This document shows, piece by piece, positions 1 to 9,581 of a stretch of 64,000 nt of DNA. The DNA lies in the NCBI GenBank assembly GCA_965277715.1, contig OZ255836.1, positions 1,440,001 through 1,504,000 of the forward strand, read 5' to 3'. Every line of letters begins with the position of its first letter. The stretch's first letter is position 1. Position numbers and translations under genes: made by a program. The stretch comes from Gammaproteobacteria bacterium (GTDB lineage: Bacteria > Pseudomonadota > Gammaproteobacteria > JBCCGL01). The notes under the pieces are model-generated. The model did no database searches, was not told the DNA's origin, and saw only the letters and a list, made by a program, of their open reading frames with translations.

Positions 1-1734
1 ATCGCGCAACTGCAGTGGATTCATCTCGCCGAGGCCTTTAAAACGTGTGACCGATACCTTTCCCTTCTTCTTCTCGGCGGCAATACGGTCCATTATGCCT
101 TTGTGCTCGTCGTCATCGACAGCATAAAAAACCTCCCTGCCCACATCGATACGGTATAGCGGCGGCATTGCCACATACACATGCCCCGCCACCACCAGCG
201 CCTGAAAGTGGCGTACAAACAGCGCGCACAGGAGCGTGGCGATATGCAAACCGTCGGAGTCGGCATCGGCGAGAATACAGATCTTGCCATAGCGTAGATT
301 GTCTAGCTCAGTGGCACCGGGCTCCAGCCCGACCGCGATCGATATATCGTGCACCTCCTGTGAGCCTAATACTTGATCCGGCTCGACCTCCCAGGTATTA
401 AGGATCTTTCCGCGCAGCGGCATAATCGCCTGAAATTCGCGGTCCCGCGCCTGCTTCGCCGAGCCACCCGCCGAGTCGCCCTCAACCAAAAACAGCTCGG
501 TGCGGGATAAATCTGTCGACGAACAATCGGCCAGCTTACCCGGCAACGCCGGGCCACTGGTGATCTTTTTTCGCACCACCTTCTTGCTGGAGCGCAGCCG
601 CTGCTGGGCACTGCTGATCGCCAACTGGGCAACCTGATCGCCGGTTTCCGGGTGTTGATTTAACCACAGTGAAAAAGCATCTTTCACTACCCCGGAAACA
701 AAGGCGGCGCATTCACGCGATGACAAACGCTCTTTCGTCTGCCCCGAAAATTGCGGCTCCTTCACCTTGATCGACAACACATAGCTGACCTTATCCCACA
801 CGTCTTCCGGTGACAGCTTGACCCCACGCGGTATCAGATTGCGAAACTCGCAAAACTCACGCAGGGCCTCAGTCAACCCCGAGCGCAAGCCATTAACGTG
901 CGTGCCGCCCTGCACCGTCGGCACCAGATTGACATAACTCTCCGCAACTGCATCACCGCCCTCACTCAGCCACAGCAACGCCCAGTCGACCGCCTCATTA
1001 TCCCCGCTCATGCTGCCGAGAAACGGCACCTCCGGCAGGCAGGTAAAACCGCGAACCGCCTCACTCAGATAATCCGGCAGGCCATCCCGATAGTGCCATT
1101 CTTCGATTTCATCGCTCTTCTCTATGCGCAGTCGCACCATCAGCCCTGGGCATAACACCGCCTTGGCACGCAGCAAATGCCGCAACCGGGGCAACGAAAA
1201 TTTATGGCTATCAAAATACCGGGCATTCGGCCAGAACCGCAGCGTAGTGCCAGTATTGCGCTGCCCGACCTTAGCAATCGGCGTCAAACCCTGCACCCTT
1301 TCGCCATCGGCATACACCACCAAAAACTCCTGCCCACCACGGCGCACACGCGCCTCCAGCCGACTGGAGAGCGCATTGACCACCGAGATACCCACACCGT
1401 GCAAGCCCCCTGAAAAGGCATAATTTCTATCAGAGAACTTACCCCCCGCGTGCAGCGTGGAAAGGATCACCTCAATGCCGGGGCGTTTAAGCTTTGGGTG
1501 CATATCGACCGGCATCCCCCGGCCATCATCGACCACCTCCAGCGAACCGTCGGCAAACACACACACCTCTACCACACTCGCGTGCCCGGCGATAGCCTCA
1601 TCGATACTATTATCGACAACCTCCTGCGCCAAATGATTGGGACAACTGGTATCCGTATACATGCCTGGGCGCTTACGCACTGGCTCAAGGCCACTTAGCA
1701 CCTCAATCGATGCGGCATCATACTGGCTACTCAT
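1..1734 (-). CDS. parE: DNA topoisomerase IV subunit B (3' end runs off the window)
   Basis: Manual translation from the ATG at 1734 gives MSSQYDAASIEVLSGLEPVRKRPGMYTDT. Later motifs include VEGDSAGGSAKQ, PLRGKILN and RFKGLGEMNPLQLR. The ORF is missing from the track because its stop lies outside the window. Confidence 0.95.
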   Translation of the reverse strand, partial: MSSQYDAASIEVLSGLEPVRKRPGMYTDTSCPNHLAQEVVDNSIDEAIAGHASVVEVCVFADGSLEVVDDGRGMPVDMHPKLKRPGIEVILSTLHAGGKFSDRNYAFSGGLHGVGISVVNALSSRLEARVRRGGQEFLVVYADGERVQGLTPIAKVGQRNTGTTLRFWPNARYFDSHKFSLPRLRHLLRAKAVLCPGLMVRLRIEKSDEIEEWHYRDGLPDYLSEAVRGFTCLPEVPFLGSMSGDNEAVDWALLWLSEGGDAVAESYVNLVPTVQGGTHVNGLRSGLTEALREFCEFRNLIPRGVKLSPEDVWDKVSYVLSIKVKEPQFSGQTKERLSSRECAAFVSGVVKDAFSLWLNQHPETGDQVAQLAISSAQQRLRSSKKVVRKKITSGPALPGKLADCSSTDLSRTELFLVEGDSAGGSAKQARDREFQAIMPLRGKILNTWEVEPDQVLGSQEVHDISIAVGLEPGATELDNLRYGKICILADADSDGLHIATLLCALFVRHFQALVVAGHVYVAMPPLYRIDVGREVFYAVDDDEHKGIMDRIAAEKKKGKVSVTRFKGLGEMNPLQLRD

Positions 1735-1780
1735 CAAACGCTTACTCATAAAAACCGACGCGGCGCATTGTACCGTAAGA

Positions 1781-1879
1781 CAGCACAAGGATGCGGTGAG
1801 GAACAAACCGCATTGATTGAGAAAACCAGGGAACACGGAAATAACGGACCGACATAAACCTCGGCTGATGTAGACTCTA
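1781..1879 (+). repeat. REP-like hairpin plus ~70 bp extension, degenerate direct repeat copy A
   Basis: GATGCGGTGAGGAACAAACCGCAT hairpin; the region aligns by eye with 3552-3650. Confidence 0.7.
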
Positions 1880-2261
1880 AGCCAGTGGGAATACCTGTCA
1901 GGTTTGCTTTGATCCTTACCCCCGCTTGCGCACTCTCAAGCAAATGCCTCAGCGACATGCGCGTATTTGACACCTCCCACACCCGGTTCGGCGCGTTATG
2001 GCGTGCTCCCGTATCTAACATAAAAACTGGATAAGACAATATCCTGGTGTGTTTATAGTGTTGGGTGTGCGGCCATGCGTAAGCTCGTGCATATCTGTTT
2101 TGGTGTTATCAAACACCAACAACCTTATCAACAACAAACGGCTCTAATAACCGCTTGCTCTTGATGGAGGGAGATGGTATCTACGTGCTAACGCAAGCGG
2201 AAATACCTGAATTGTTTGCCAGTTGCTGGCACATACCGTACCCATCGCGTACTATCGCACC

Positions 2262-3284
2262 ATGCAAATCGCCAACCCAATCTACGATGTCGTCTTCAAA
2301 TACCTGATGGCCGACGAGCGCGCCGCCAAGCTGATTATTGGTGAAATCATCGGTATGGACGTCATCGACATCGCCCTGCAACCGCAAGAGCGCCTGGCCA
2401 ACCTGACTGAAAAAAACCTCACCGTCTACCGGCTCGATTTTTCCGCCAGGGTTAAAACCCGCGATGGGCAGTTCAAACAAGTCATTATTGAAATCCAGAA
2501 AGCCAAATACACCAGCGATATTATGCGTTTCCGGCGCTACCTGGGGCAGCAGTACAGCGATGAAAAAAATGTCCACGCGACTGTTTCAGCCACGGGGCAC
2601 AGCACATATCAGGCGCTGCCGATTATTACTATTTACTTTTTGGGCCATACGCTCAACCACTGCACGGCATCCGTTATCAAAGTAGGCCGAATCTATACCG
2701 ATGCGATTACCGGCGAAACACTGGCCGACAAAGAAACCTTTATCGAAAGCCTGACCCACGACAGCTATGTGGTACAAATTCCCTATCTGAAAGCCCAACG
2801 CCGCAACGACCTGGAGAAACTACTGGAAATATTCGACCAGGACCTACAGGTGGAGAACAGACACAGGCTGTCGATTGATGAGACGCTGTTTCCAAAGAAA
2901 TACCACGTATTGATCAGGCGTTTGCAGGCGGCGATTAGCGAACCAGAGGTTATCGACACCATGCAGATTGAAGACGAGATACTGCTGGAACTGCAAAACA
3001 AGGAACGCGAGATCGAGGCAAAAGAACAACTGGTCGAAGAACAAAGCAAAGCACTGAAAGAAAAGAACCGGGTACTTGAGGAAAAAGACCAGGCGCTTGA
3101 GGAGAAAGACCAGGCACTTGAGGAAAAAGACCAGGCACTTGAGAAGAAAGACCAGTTAGTCAAGGAACAAGAGCAAGCGCTTGAAGAAAAAGATCAGGTA
3201 CTTGAGGAAAAGGATCAAGCACTCAAAGATAAAGACAAATTAATCGACGAGCTAAAAAGCCAACTCAACCGACTGCCTCAATAG
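2262..3284 (+). CDS. Rpn-like PD-(D/E)XK nuclease-family protein with C-terminal coiled-coil heptad repeats
   Basis: N-terminus MQIANPIYDVVFKYLM; catalytic-type motif RLDF...IIEIQKA; PIITIYFLG; (A/V)LEEKDQ repeats at the C-terminus. ATG 2262 is preferred over the TTG at 2223. Confidence 0.8.
   Translation: MQIANPIYDVVFKYLMADERAAKLIIGEIIGMDVIDIALQPQERLANLTEKNLTVYRLDFSARVKTRDGQFKQVIIEIQKAKYTSDIMRFRRYLGQQYSDEKNVHATVSATGHSTYQALPIITIYFLGHTLNHCTASVIKVGRIYTDAITGETLADKETFIESLTHDSYVVQIPYLKAQRRNDLEKLLEIFDQDLQVENRHRLSIDETLFPKKYHVLIRRLQAAISEPEVIDTMQIEDEILLELQNKEREIEAKEQLVEEQSKALKEKNRVLEEKDQALEEKDQALEEKDQALEKKDQLVKEQEQALEEKDQVLEEKDQALKDKDKLIDELKSQLNRLPQ
3072..3240 (+). repeat. 21-bp coding tandem repeat (CTTGAGGAAAAAGACCAGGCA-like), about 8 degenerate units
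   Basis: Encodes VLEEKDQ ALEEKDQ ALEEKDQ ALEKKDQ LVKEQEQ ALEEKDQ VLEEKDQ ALKDKDK. Confidence 0.9.
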
Positions 3285-3350
3285 CTTACAAAAAATTTAA
3301 TCAATCAACATTAATAGTGTCGCTTTGCCAACACAGGCACACCCTGTGCT

Positions 3351-3378
3351 GTGGATGTGGTGGGGCACGAACCGTATC
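3351..3378 (+). repeat. degenerate REP-like hairpin (third copy)
   Basis: GTGGATGTGGTGGGGCACGAACCGTATC resembles GATGCGGTGAGGAACGAACCGCATC. Confidence 0.5.
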
Positions 3379-3551
3379 AGCAGTGCATTACTCCAATACC
3401 ATCGGTCATTCATAGGCTTCCCTGGCTGTAATTTATAGGGTTCGCCTCGCATTGAAAGAAAAAATTGTTGTATATAAAGGAAGAGTTACAATCTTATACC
3501 TGGTCTCTGAATTGAAGGTTTCACCTTCGGACGCCAACAATACCACTACCT

Positions 3552-3650
3552 CAGCACGTAGCATGCGGTGAGGAACGAACTGCATCGGTCGAGAAAACGA
3601 AGGAACACAGGCATAATGGGGTTATATAAATCCTGGATGGTGCGGTCTCT
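3552..3650 (+). repeat. REP-like (GTAG + hairpin) direct repeat copy B
   Basis: GTAGCATGCGGTGAGGAACGAACTGCATC followed by GAGAAAAC..GGAACAC..ATAA..ATAAA, as in copy A. Confidence 0.7.
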
Positions 3651-3761
3651 GCTTTCTATAGAAAATGTACCCTGTAATTTATACAATACTTCAAGCTTGA
3701 TTATAGGGTGCTACACCACCACCTTACCTAAACAACACAACTAACCCCACCGGACACACAC

Positions 3762-4631
3762 ATGCCAGACTCCCCTTTCATCCACGAAGCCACCCCCGAA
3801 AACTTCGTACAAATCGTTATTGAAGGCTCAAAAAATGTACCTGTCCTGGTAGATTTTTGGGCCGACTGGTGCCAACCCTGCCAAATGCTCATGCCCATAC
3901 TGGCAAAACTTGCCGACGAATATCAGGGTAAATTCATCCTCGCCAAAGTCGACACCGAAGCCCACCAGGCAATCGCCATGCAACTCGGTATCCGCAGCCT
4001 GCCGACAGTAAAACTGTTTATCAATGGCCAACCTGTCGACGAATTTATGGGCGCCCAACCCGAAAGCGTAGTCCGTGAGTTTCTCGGTAAATACATTGAA
4101 GCGGGCGGCAACAGCGAAGCCAGCCTGTCAGAGCAGGCCATGCACTTGTTTGACGCCGGAGACACCCAGGGTGCCAATACATTGATCAATACAGCCCTGG
4201 AACAAGACCCGGAAAACAACCAGGCCTGGTTGGCACTCGCACAACTCGCGCTGGCCAGTGGCGAATACGACAAAGTCACTATCGCCCTGGATAAGCTGCC
4301 AGCCGATGAACGCAAAAAACCCGAGGCATCACGCATCGCCGGTCTACTGAAATTCAGCGAACTGGCCGATTCACAAATAGATTTTAATACACTGACACAG
4401 CAAGCCGAAGACGGCGCTATCGACACTGAAGGCCGCTACCAGCTTGCCATTCACAGCCTGTTACAAGGTGCCGCCGAACAGGCCTTGCAACAACTGTTAT
4501 TACTGCTGCAACAAGCCCCCGAATGGCGCGAAGGCGAGGCCCGAAAAAGCTTGATAGCGGTATTTGACGTACTCGGCACCGACCCCTTAGTGAGCCAGTA
4601 CCGGCGTAAGATGTTTAATTTATTGCACTAA
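3762..4631 (+). CDS. cnoX: chaperedoxin CnoX/YbbN (thioredoxin + TPR)
   Basis: VLVDFWADWCQPC thioredoxin domain, helical TPR-like region, C-terminal YRRKMFNLLH. Confidence 0.9.
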   Translation: MPDSPFIHEATPENFVQIVIEGSKNVPVLVDFWADWCQPCQMLMPILAKLADEYQGKFILAKVDTEAHQAIAMQLGIRSLPTVKLFINGQPVDEFMGAQPESVVREFLGKYIEAGGNSEASLSEQAMHLFDAGDTQGANTLINTALEQDPENNQAWLALAQLALASGEYDKVTIALDKLPADERKKPEASRIAGLLKFSELADSQIDFNTLTQQAEDGAIDTEGRYQLAIHSLLQGAAEQALQQLLLLLQQAPEWREGEARKSLIAVFDVLGTDPLVSQYRRKMFNLLH

Positions 4632-4640
4632 ACAGTTGCG

Positions 4641-5375
4641 TTAGATTTTCGGCTCACTGGCAAGTAACTGAACCAGCTCAGCCGGTGGCCGGTAGCCCGG
4701 CACCACCAAACCGTTGTCGAGAAAAATCATCGGGGTGCCGCGCAAACCCACCTGTTGGGCCAGCGCGATGTGTTCGCCGATAGGGTTTTCGCAGGTTTTG
4801 TTAGGTATCGATTGCCCCGTTTTGACCCTCGTCATCGCCTGCTCCTGATCGTCTGCACACCAAACACTTTCAAGTTGTCTATGCGCTTCGCTATCAAGAC
4901 CCGCCCGTGGGTACAATAAATAACGGACACTCACGCCCTGCGACAACAGACCATCGATTTCAGTATGTAACTTGCGACAATAACCACAAGTGGTATCAGT
5001 AATCACCGTTATATGTCGGCTTTTATCCTGCGCAGCGCTGGCTTTAAAAACCACCATTTTTTCTTCACCTATGGCCTCAATCGCCGCCAACTGGGTTTTG
5101 CCTTTTCGCTGCTGGGTCATATTGATACGACGCTCTACATCGATCATATCGCCTTCAATAACGTATTTGCCATTCGGAGTAACGTACACAACCTGTGCGC
5201 CCGTTACCAACTCCAACAAGCCCGGTATCGGGCTTTCAGACACACTGGTAATCTCAAGGTTTGGCATACTCACTGCCAGCGCTTCGCGCAATTGTTTAAT
5301 ATCGTCAGATTCGTCAGCGTATACAGCCGTTATAGGCATGAGCAATACAGCACCCAACAAGGCAAGCATTTTCAT
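4641..5375 (-). CDS. dsbC: thiol:disulfide isomerase DsbC
   Basis: Signal peptide, CGYC active site, GTP cis-Pro loop; lies downstream of xerD, the conserved gene order. Confidence 0.92.
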   Translation of the reverse strand: MKMLALLGAVLLMPITAVYADESDDIKQLREALAVSMPNLEITSVSESPIPGLLELVTGAQVVYVTPNGKYVIEGDMIDVERRINMTQQRKGKTQLAAIEAIGEEKMVVFKASAAQDKSRHITVITDTTCGYCRKLHTEIDGLLSQGVSVRYLLYPRAGLDSEAHRQLESVWCADDQEQAMTRVKTGQSIPNKTCENPIGEHIALAQQVGLRGTPMIFLDNGLVVPGYRPPAELVQLLASEPKI

Positions 5376-5475
5376 AAGATAAAATTCCCGATAATCGTTT
5401 ACGCCCTAATGGACAGATAGAACAGAAAATAATTCATATATCTATTTATATTTCACCCATCCCTCACGCCATCTC

Positions 5476-6372
5476 TTACGCTCTGGGATGGTGTTGGGCA
5501 TACAGGCTTTGCAAGCGCTGCTGAGCTACATGGGTATAAATCTGTGTCGTCGATAAGCTGCTGTGCCCAAGCAGCATTTGCACAGCGCGCAAATCGGCAT
5601 CATGGTTAATCAGGTGCGTTGCAAACGCATGCCGCAGAGTATGCGGTGACAGTGGCTTTTCGATGCCTGCAATGCGTGCATAGCGCTTGATAATGTACCA
5701 GAACGACTGGCGCGTCATCGCGCCACCACGGCGGGTTACAAACACCGCATGAATGGTTTTGTCGATTCCCGCGAGCAAATCATCACGCGCACTGTTCAGA
5801 TAGCGCTGCACCCAATCGACCGCATTTTCACCCAGTGGCACCAAACGCTCCTTATTGCCTTTACCGACAACGTGCACAACCCCCATACGCAAATTCAATT
5901 GTTCAAGCTGAAGATTAACCAACTCACTCACGCGCAAACCCGCCGCATAAATCAACTCCAGCATAGCGCGGTCACGCAAACCGAGAAGCTGCTGAGTATC
6001 CACCGCCACAAGCAGCTTTTCCACATCCTCCTCGCTCAACACTTTCGGCAGTGGCCGCCCCGGCGCAGGTGATTCAATCAACGCACTGGGGTCAATCTGG
6101 ATAAGGCGTTCGCGCATAGAATAAGCATAGAAACCGCGCAGTGCGCTCAACAGCCGTGCCATACTGCGCCGGGTGCTGCCAATAGCAAAGCGAAAGGCCA
6201 GGTAATCGCGCAAATCATCACCGCTACACGTCAGTAACTCGGTATGCTTTTCCCTGTCAAGCCAGGCAAACACCGCCCCCAGGTCACTGCGATAAGCGGT
6301 CAGCGTATTTTCACTCAAGCCCCGCTCTATCCACACAGCATCCAGATAACGGTCAATATCATTTGAACTCAT
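5476..6372 (-). CDS. xerD: tyrosine recombinase XerD
   Basis: GLRVSELV, GKGNKERLVP, SPHTLRHAFATH, LLGHSSLSTTQIYTH; xerD-dsbC synteny. Confidence 0.95.
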   Translation of the reverse strand: MSSNDIDRYLDAVWIERGLSENTLTAYRSDLGAVFAWLDREKHTELLTCSGDDLRDYLAFRFAIGSTRRSMARLLSALRGFYAYSMRERLIQIDPSALIESPAPGRPLPKVLSEEDVEKLLVAVDTQQLLGLRDRAMLELIYAAGLRVSELVNLQLEQLNLRMGVVHVVGKGNKERLVPLGENAVDWVQRYLNSARDDLLAGIDKTIHAVFVTRRGGAMTRQSFWYIIKRYARIAGIEKPLSPHTLRHAFATHLINHDADLRAVQMLLGHSSLSTTQIYTHVAQQRLQSLYAQHHPRA

Positions 6373-6523
6373 ACACTAACCCACTACACTAAACCACTAA
6401 CCTAATACTTCCTCAACTTTGAACTGATTAATACACAAGGCCATCCAGGTAAGCAGACAATACATCAGAGGCACAACCTCATGCTATCAATAATAGCGTC
6501 AGCCTACCTTCCACAGAAACAGC

Positions 6524-6573
6524 CGACGACTGTATGGATACAGGAGATAGAGCAACGCAGGAGCAGTTGCCGG
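6524..6573. repeat. double-hairpin intergenic repeat (CTGTATGGATACAG...GCAACGCAGGAGCAGTTGC)
   Basis: Two short palindromes with the same architecture as the 46-bp unit at 59030-59200. Confidence 0.55.
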
Positions 6574-6881
6574 CACTTATATTGATTAACAAGGTACTCT
6601 CACGGCCTGTACCGCACTCATCTGCAGATTTAAAGAAACCCAGGATAGTCAAGGGGAGATATAAGCCTGGCTAGATGTCACTTGCAGTAAGCCAACTGAT
6701 TAAAAGCTAATAACCTGTTAATTCAAAATGGATAACATATTTAGGCACCTGTTAGATTCAAGACATTACTATTGCAGAAAAGCCGGTTTAGCTTTTTTTC
6801 ACGCACTATTTCGTCAAATAGCACCACTATTGTAGAACAAATGCTTTACCATTCCATATCACCAATAAGCACCTATAAACC

Positions 6882-7400
6882 ATGAAAGACACACCACCTG
6901 TTATTGGTTTTGCCGCCTGGAGCGGCACTGGAAAAACCACACTAATCAGTAAACTGCTACCCATTTTCAAACAGCACAACGTATCCGTAGGTATTATCAA
7001 ACACACACACCACAATGTAGAATTCGATACACCGGGGAAAGACAGCCACCGTTTGCGCACGGCGGGTGCCAATCAAGTGTTAGTCACCTCGGCAAAGCGC
7101 TGGGCGCTCTACGGTGACAAAACTGATTTTACCGAAACACTAAATATCGACAGGGAAATATCCAGGCTCAACACCAGCAAACTCGACCTGGTACTGGTTG
7201 AAAGTTTTAAAACGGCCCCCATTGCAAAAATAGAACTACACCGCCCATCAATGAAAAAACCGCTACTCTACCCAAACGATGTGCATATTGTCGCCATCGC
7301 CAGTGACACCCCCATACAACGACAGGATGCACCTGCGCAGCTCAGCATAAATCAACCGATGCAAATTGCACGCTATATAATCGATACTTTTTTAGTGTAG
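6882..7400 (+). CDS. mobB: molybdopterin-guanine dinucleotide biosynthesis protein B
   Basis: GFAAWSGTGKTT P-loop, IKHTHH, DTPGKDS, LVLVESFK. Confidence 0.92.
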   Translation: MKDTPPVIGFAAWSGTGKTTLISKLLPIFKQHNVSVGIIKHTHHNVEFDTPGKDSHRLRTAGANQVLVTSAKRWALYGDKTDFTETLNIDREISRLNTSKLDLVLVESFKTAPIAKIELHRPSMKKPLLYPNDVHIVAIASDTPIQRQDAPAQLSINQPMQIARYIIDTFLV

Positions 7401-7541
7401 CGGGTCTTTGCAAAAAAATAATTTACCTTTGCCCTTAATGCTTTCAGCCCAGGTCTTTTCAACCCAAACCTTTTCGCATAGATCACTAAATAAAACCGAT
7501 GGCGACAAACACCATAAACACCCCATAAAGCGAATAACTGC

Positions 7542-8819
7542 ATGAGCAAACCGACCACCACCTGCATGGATGATTTTGACCCCGATGCACTGCTGATTGA
7601 TGCCGCTGTCGAGCAGATTCTCAGCCAGGTATTACCGCTTCAGAAATGTGAAGATATTGCGATTGAAGAAGCGTTACAGCGTATTACCAGTGAAGCAATT
7701 CAGGCGAGAGTAGACGTGCCTTCATTCACCAGTGCAGCAATGGATGGCTACGCGATAAACCATGCCGACCTCGATTCCGGTATCAATAATACCGATACTC
7801 ATCAGGCAATTTTTAAACTGGCGGGCACTTCATTGGCTGGGCACCCCTTGCCCAGCACCATAAGATCCGGTGAGTGTGCGCGTATCACCACTGGCGCCAT
7901 GCTGCCCAAAGGCACGGATTCAGTTGTTATGCAGGAACACGCCATAATAAAAGATGACAAAATACGGCTAACCGGACAAATTAAATTAAATCAGTTTGCA
8001 CGGCCACCGGGGAGTGACACACGCCAGGGGGATATTTTATTACCGGAAAATAAACGCCTATCCCCCGCTGATATTGGTTTACTCGCGTCACAGGGAATTG
8101 CCAGTGTACGGGTACGAAAAAAACCGCGTGTAGCGATTATTTCAACCGGCGATGAACTGGTTCAAGCGGGTAGTACTCTCAAACCGGGGCAAATCTACGA
8201 TAGCAACCGGGCGTTATTATCGGCGATGCTGAAGCAACTCGGTCTAACATGCATCGATATTGGCACGATACGTGATGATCCCGATGCCCTGACAACAGCG
8301 TTTAATTATGCCGCAGACAACGCCGATGCAATTATTTCATCGGGGGGCGTATCAGTAGGCGAAGCAGATTTTGTCAGATCATTACTAACACAATTCGGTG
8401 AATTAAAATTCTGGAAAATTGCCATGAAGCCTGGCCGTCCACTCACCGTTGGCCATTACAAATCCATTCCTTTTTTCGGACTGCCAGGCAACCCGGTATC
8501 GGTCAACGTTACATTCAGGCAATTGGTACGCCCGGCAATGGAAAAAATGTGTGGATTGCCTCCCCAAAAACAACCGACGCTGCTGGCAAAAACAACCACA
8601 AAGCTCAGTAAACAGGCGGGCAGGCTTGAATTTCAGCGCGGCGTGCTCAGCAAAACCGATGAGGGTGAATGGCAAGTGGGTACAACAGGCGCACAGGACT
8701 CACATGTACTCAGCTCACTGAGCAAAGCCAACTGTTATATTGTACTGCCTCTCGAATCAGAGGGTGCGAATGTAGGTGACAGTGTTGAAATACAACTTTT
8801 TACTGATGTTTTTCTGTAG
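7542..8819 (+). CDS. moeA: molybdopterin molybdotransferase MoeA
   Basis: SAAMDGYA, STGDEL, SGGVSVGEAD, MKPGRP, GLPGNPVS. Confidence 0.95.
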   Translation: MSKPTTTCMDDFDPDALLIDAAVEQILSQVLPLQKCEDIAIEEALQRITSEAIQARVDVPSFTSAAMDGYAINHADLDSGINNTDTHQAIFKLAGTSLAGHPLPSTIRSGECARITTGAMLPKGTDSVVMQEHAIIKDDKIRLTGQIKLNQFARPPGSDTRQGDILLPENKRLSPADIGLLASQGIASVRVRKKPRVAIISTGDELVQAGSTLKPGQIYDSNRALLSAMLKQLGLTCIDIGTIRDDPDALTTAFNYAADNADAIISSGGVSVGEADFVRSLLTQFGELKFWKIAMKPGRPLTVGHYKSIPFFGLPGNPVSVNVTFRQLVRPAMEKMCGLPPQKQPTLLAKTTTKLSKQAGRLEFQRGVLSKTDEGEWQVGTTGAQDSHVLSSLSKANCYIVLPLESEGANVGDSVEIQLFTDVFL

Positions 8820-8860
8820 TGTGCGCATCTGAAAAAATAATGTAACAACCAGCTAAAAAC

Positions 8861-8885
8861 AAAAAGGGCGGTAAACCGCCCTCTT
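8861..8885 (-). terminator. intrinsic terminator between convergent genes
   Basis: AGGGCGGT-AA-ACCGCCCT inverted repeat with an A-run on the + side (U-tract on -). Confidence 0.75.
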
Positions 8886-8903
8886 CGCCCAGAAAAAAAT
8901 CAA

Positions 8904-9323
8904 TTATTTTTTCTTTGCGCGTTTTTTGCCAGTCTTTTTCTTGACTGGTGCAGCAGCAGTAGCGGCACGTTTTGCAGTAGAGGCGATTGCCTTCAACGCA
9001 TCAAGCGCACTTTCAAGCTGTTTCTCACGCTTGGCGCCTGCTTTTATTTCTGATTGTGCTGATTTTAGCTCAGCCTGTAAACCAGCAATCTGCTGGCGCA
9101 TTTGGGTTGCTCTTTCAGCTGAAGCCGCACGCGTAGCTGCACTTGCTGCAGTTGCCTTCTTTTTAGAGGCCGATTTCTTAGCTGATGCTTTCCCTGCAGG
9201 ACGACCGCGTTTAGCCGGTACTTTTACTGCATCTGCTGCAGCTGCATTTTTTGGCGGACGCCCACGTCGCGCCGGTGCTTTCTTTTCTGCGGCTACAGCC
9301 GCTGTCTTTTTCATACGAGGCAT
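8904..9323 (-). CDS. Lys/Ala-rich histone H1-like protein with two AT-hook-like RGRP motifs
   Basis: RRGRPPK and KRGRPAG motifs, very basic K/A-rich composition, central coiled coil, terminator downstream. Confidence 0.7.
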   Translation of the reverse strand: MPRMKKTAAVAAEKKAPARRGRPPKNAAAADAVKVPAKRGRPAGKASAKKSASKKKATAASAATRAASAERATQMRQQIAGLQAELKSAQSEIKAGAKREKQLESALDALKAIASTAKRAATAAAPVKKKTGKKRAKKK

Positions 9324-9581
9324 TGTTTGGCTCCAAAGTCAGTTAACGAATGCACCGCGAATTATAAGTTTGTAAATATGTTTTTCAATTATATTTACAC
9401 CAATAATCGTTATTTTATGGCTATTTTTGGTTTTTTTTGCAAAAAAACCCAAAAAAATAAATAAATTAGGCTATGAGAACCAAAAAATTAACCCAGTCTT
9501 AAAAACGGTGCATGGAATATATTTCAGATAGATCGCATGTTATTATCGTCCACTCACTGCAATTCTTTAGCATTTCCAAAA

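Noticed and set aside
1746-2039. 97-aa ORF with LTGIPTG, faintly like a DnaB fragment
   Set aside because: The similarity is too short, the ORF runs through a repeat, and it has no other helicase motifs.
3072-3240. 21-bp repeats as CRISPR or non-coding VNTR
   Set aside because: They are in-frame coding heptads with synonymous variation.
5476-6372. prophage or integron integrase
   Set aside because: Sequence and dsbC linkage match housekeeping XerD, with no IntI insertion and no attC array.
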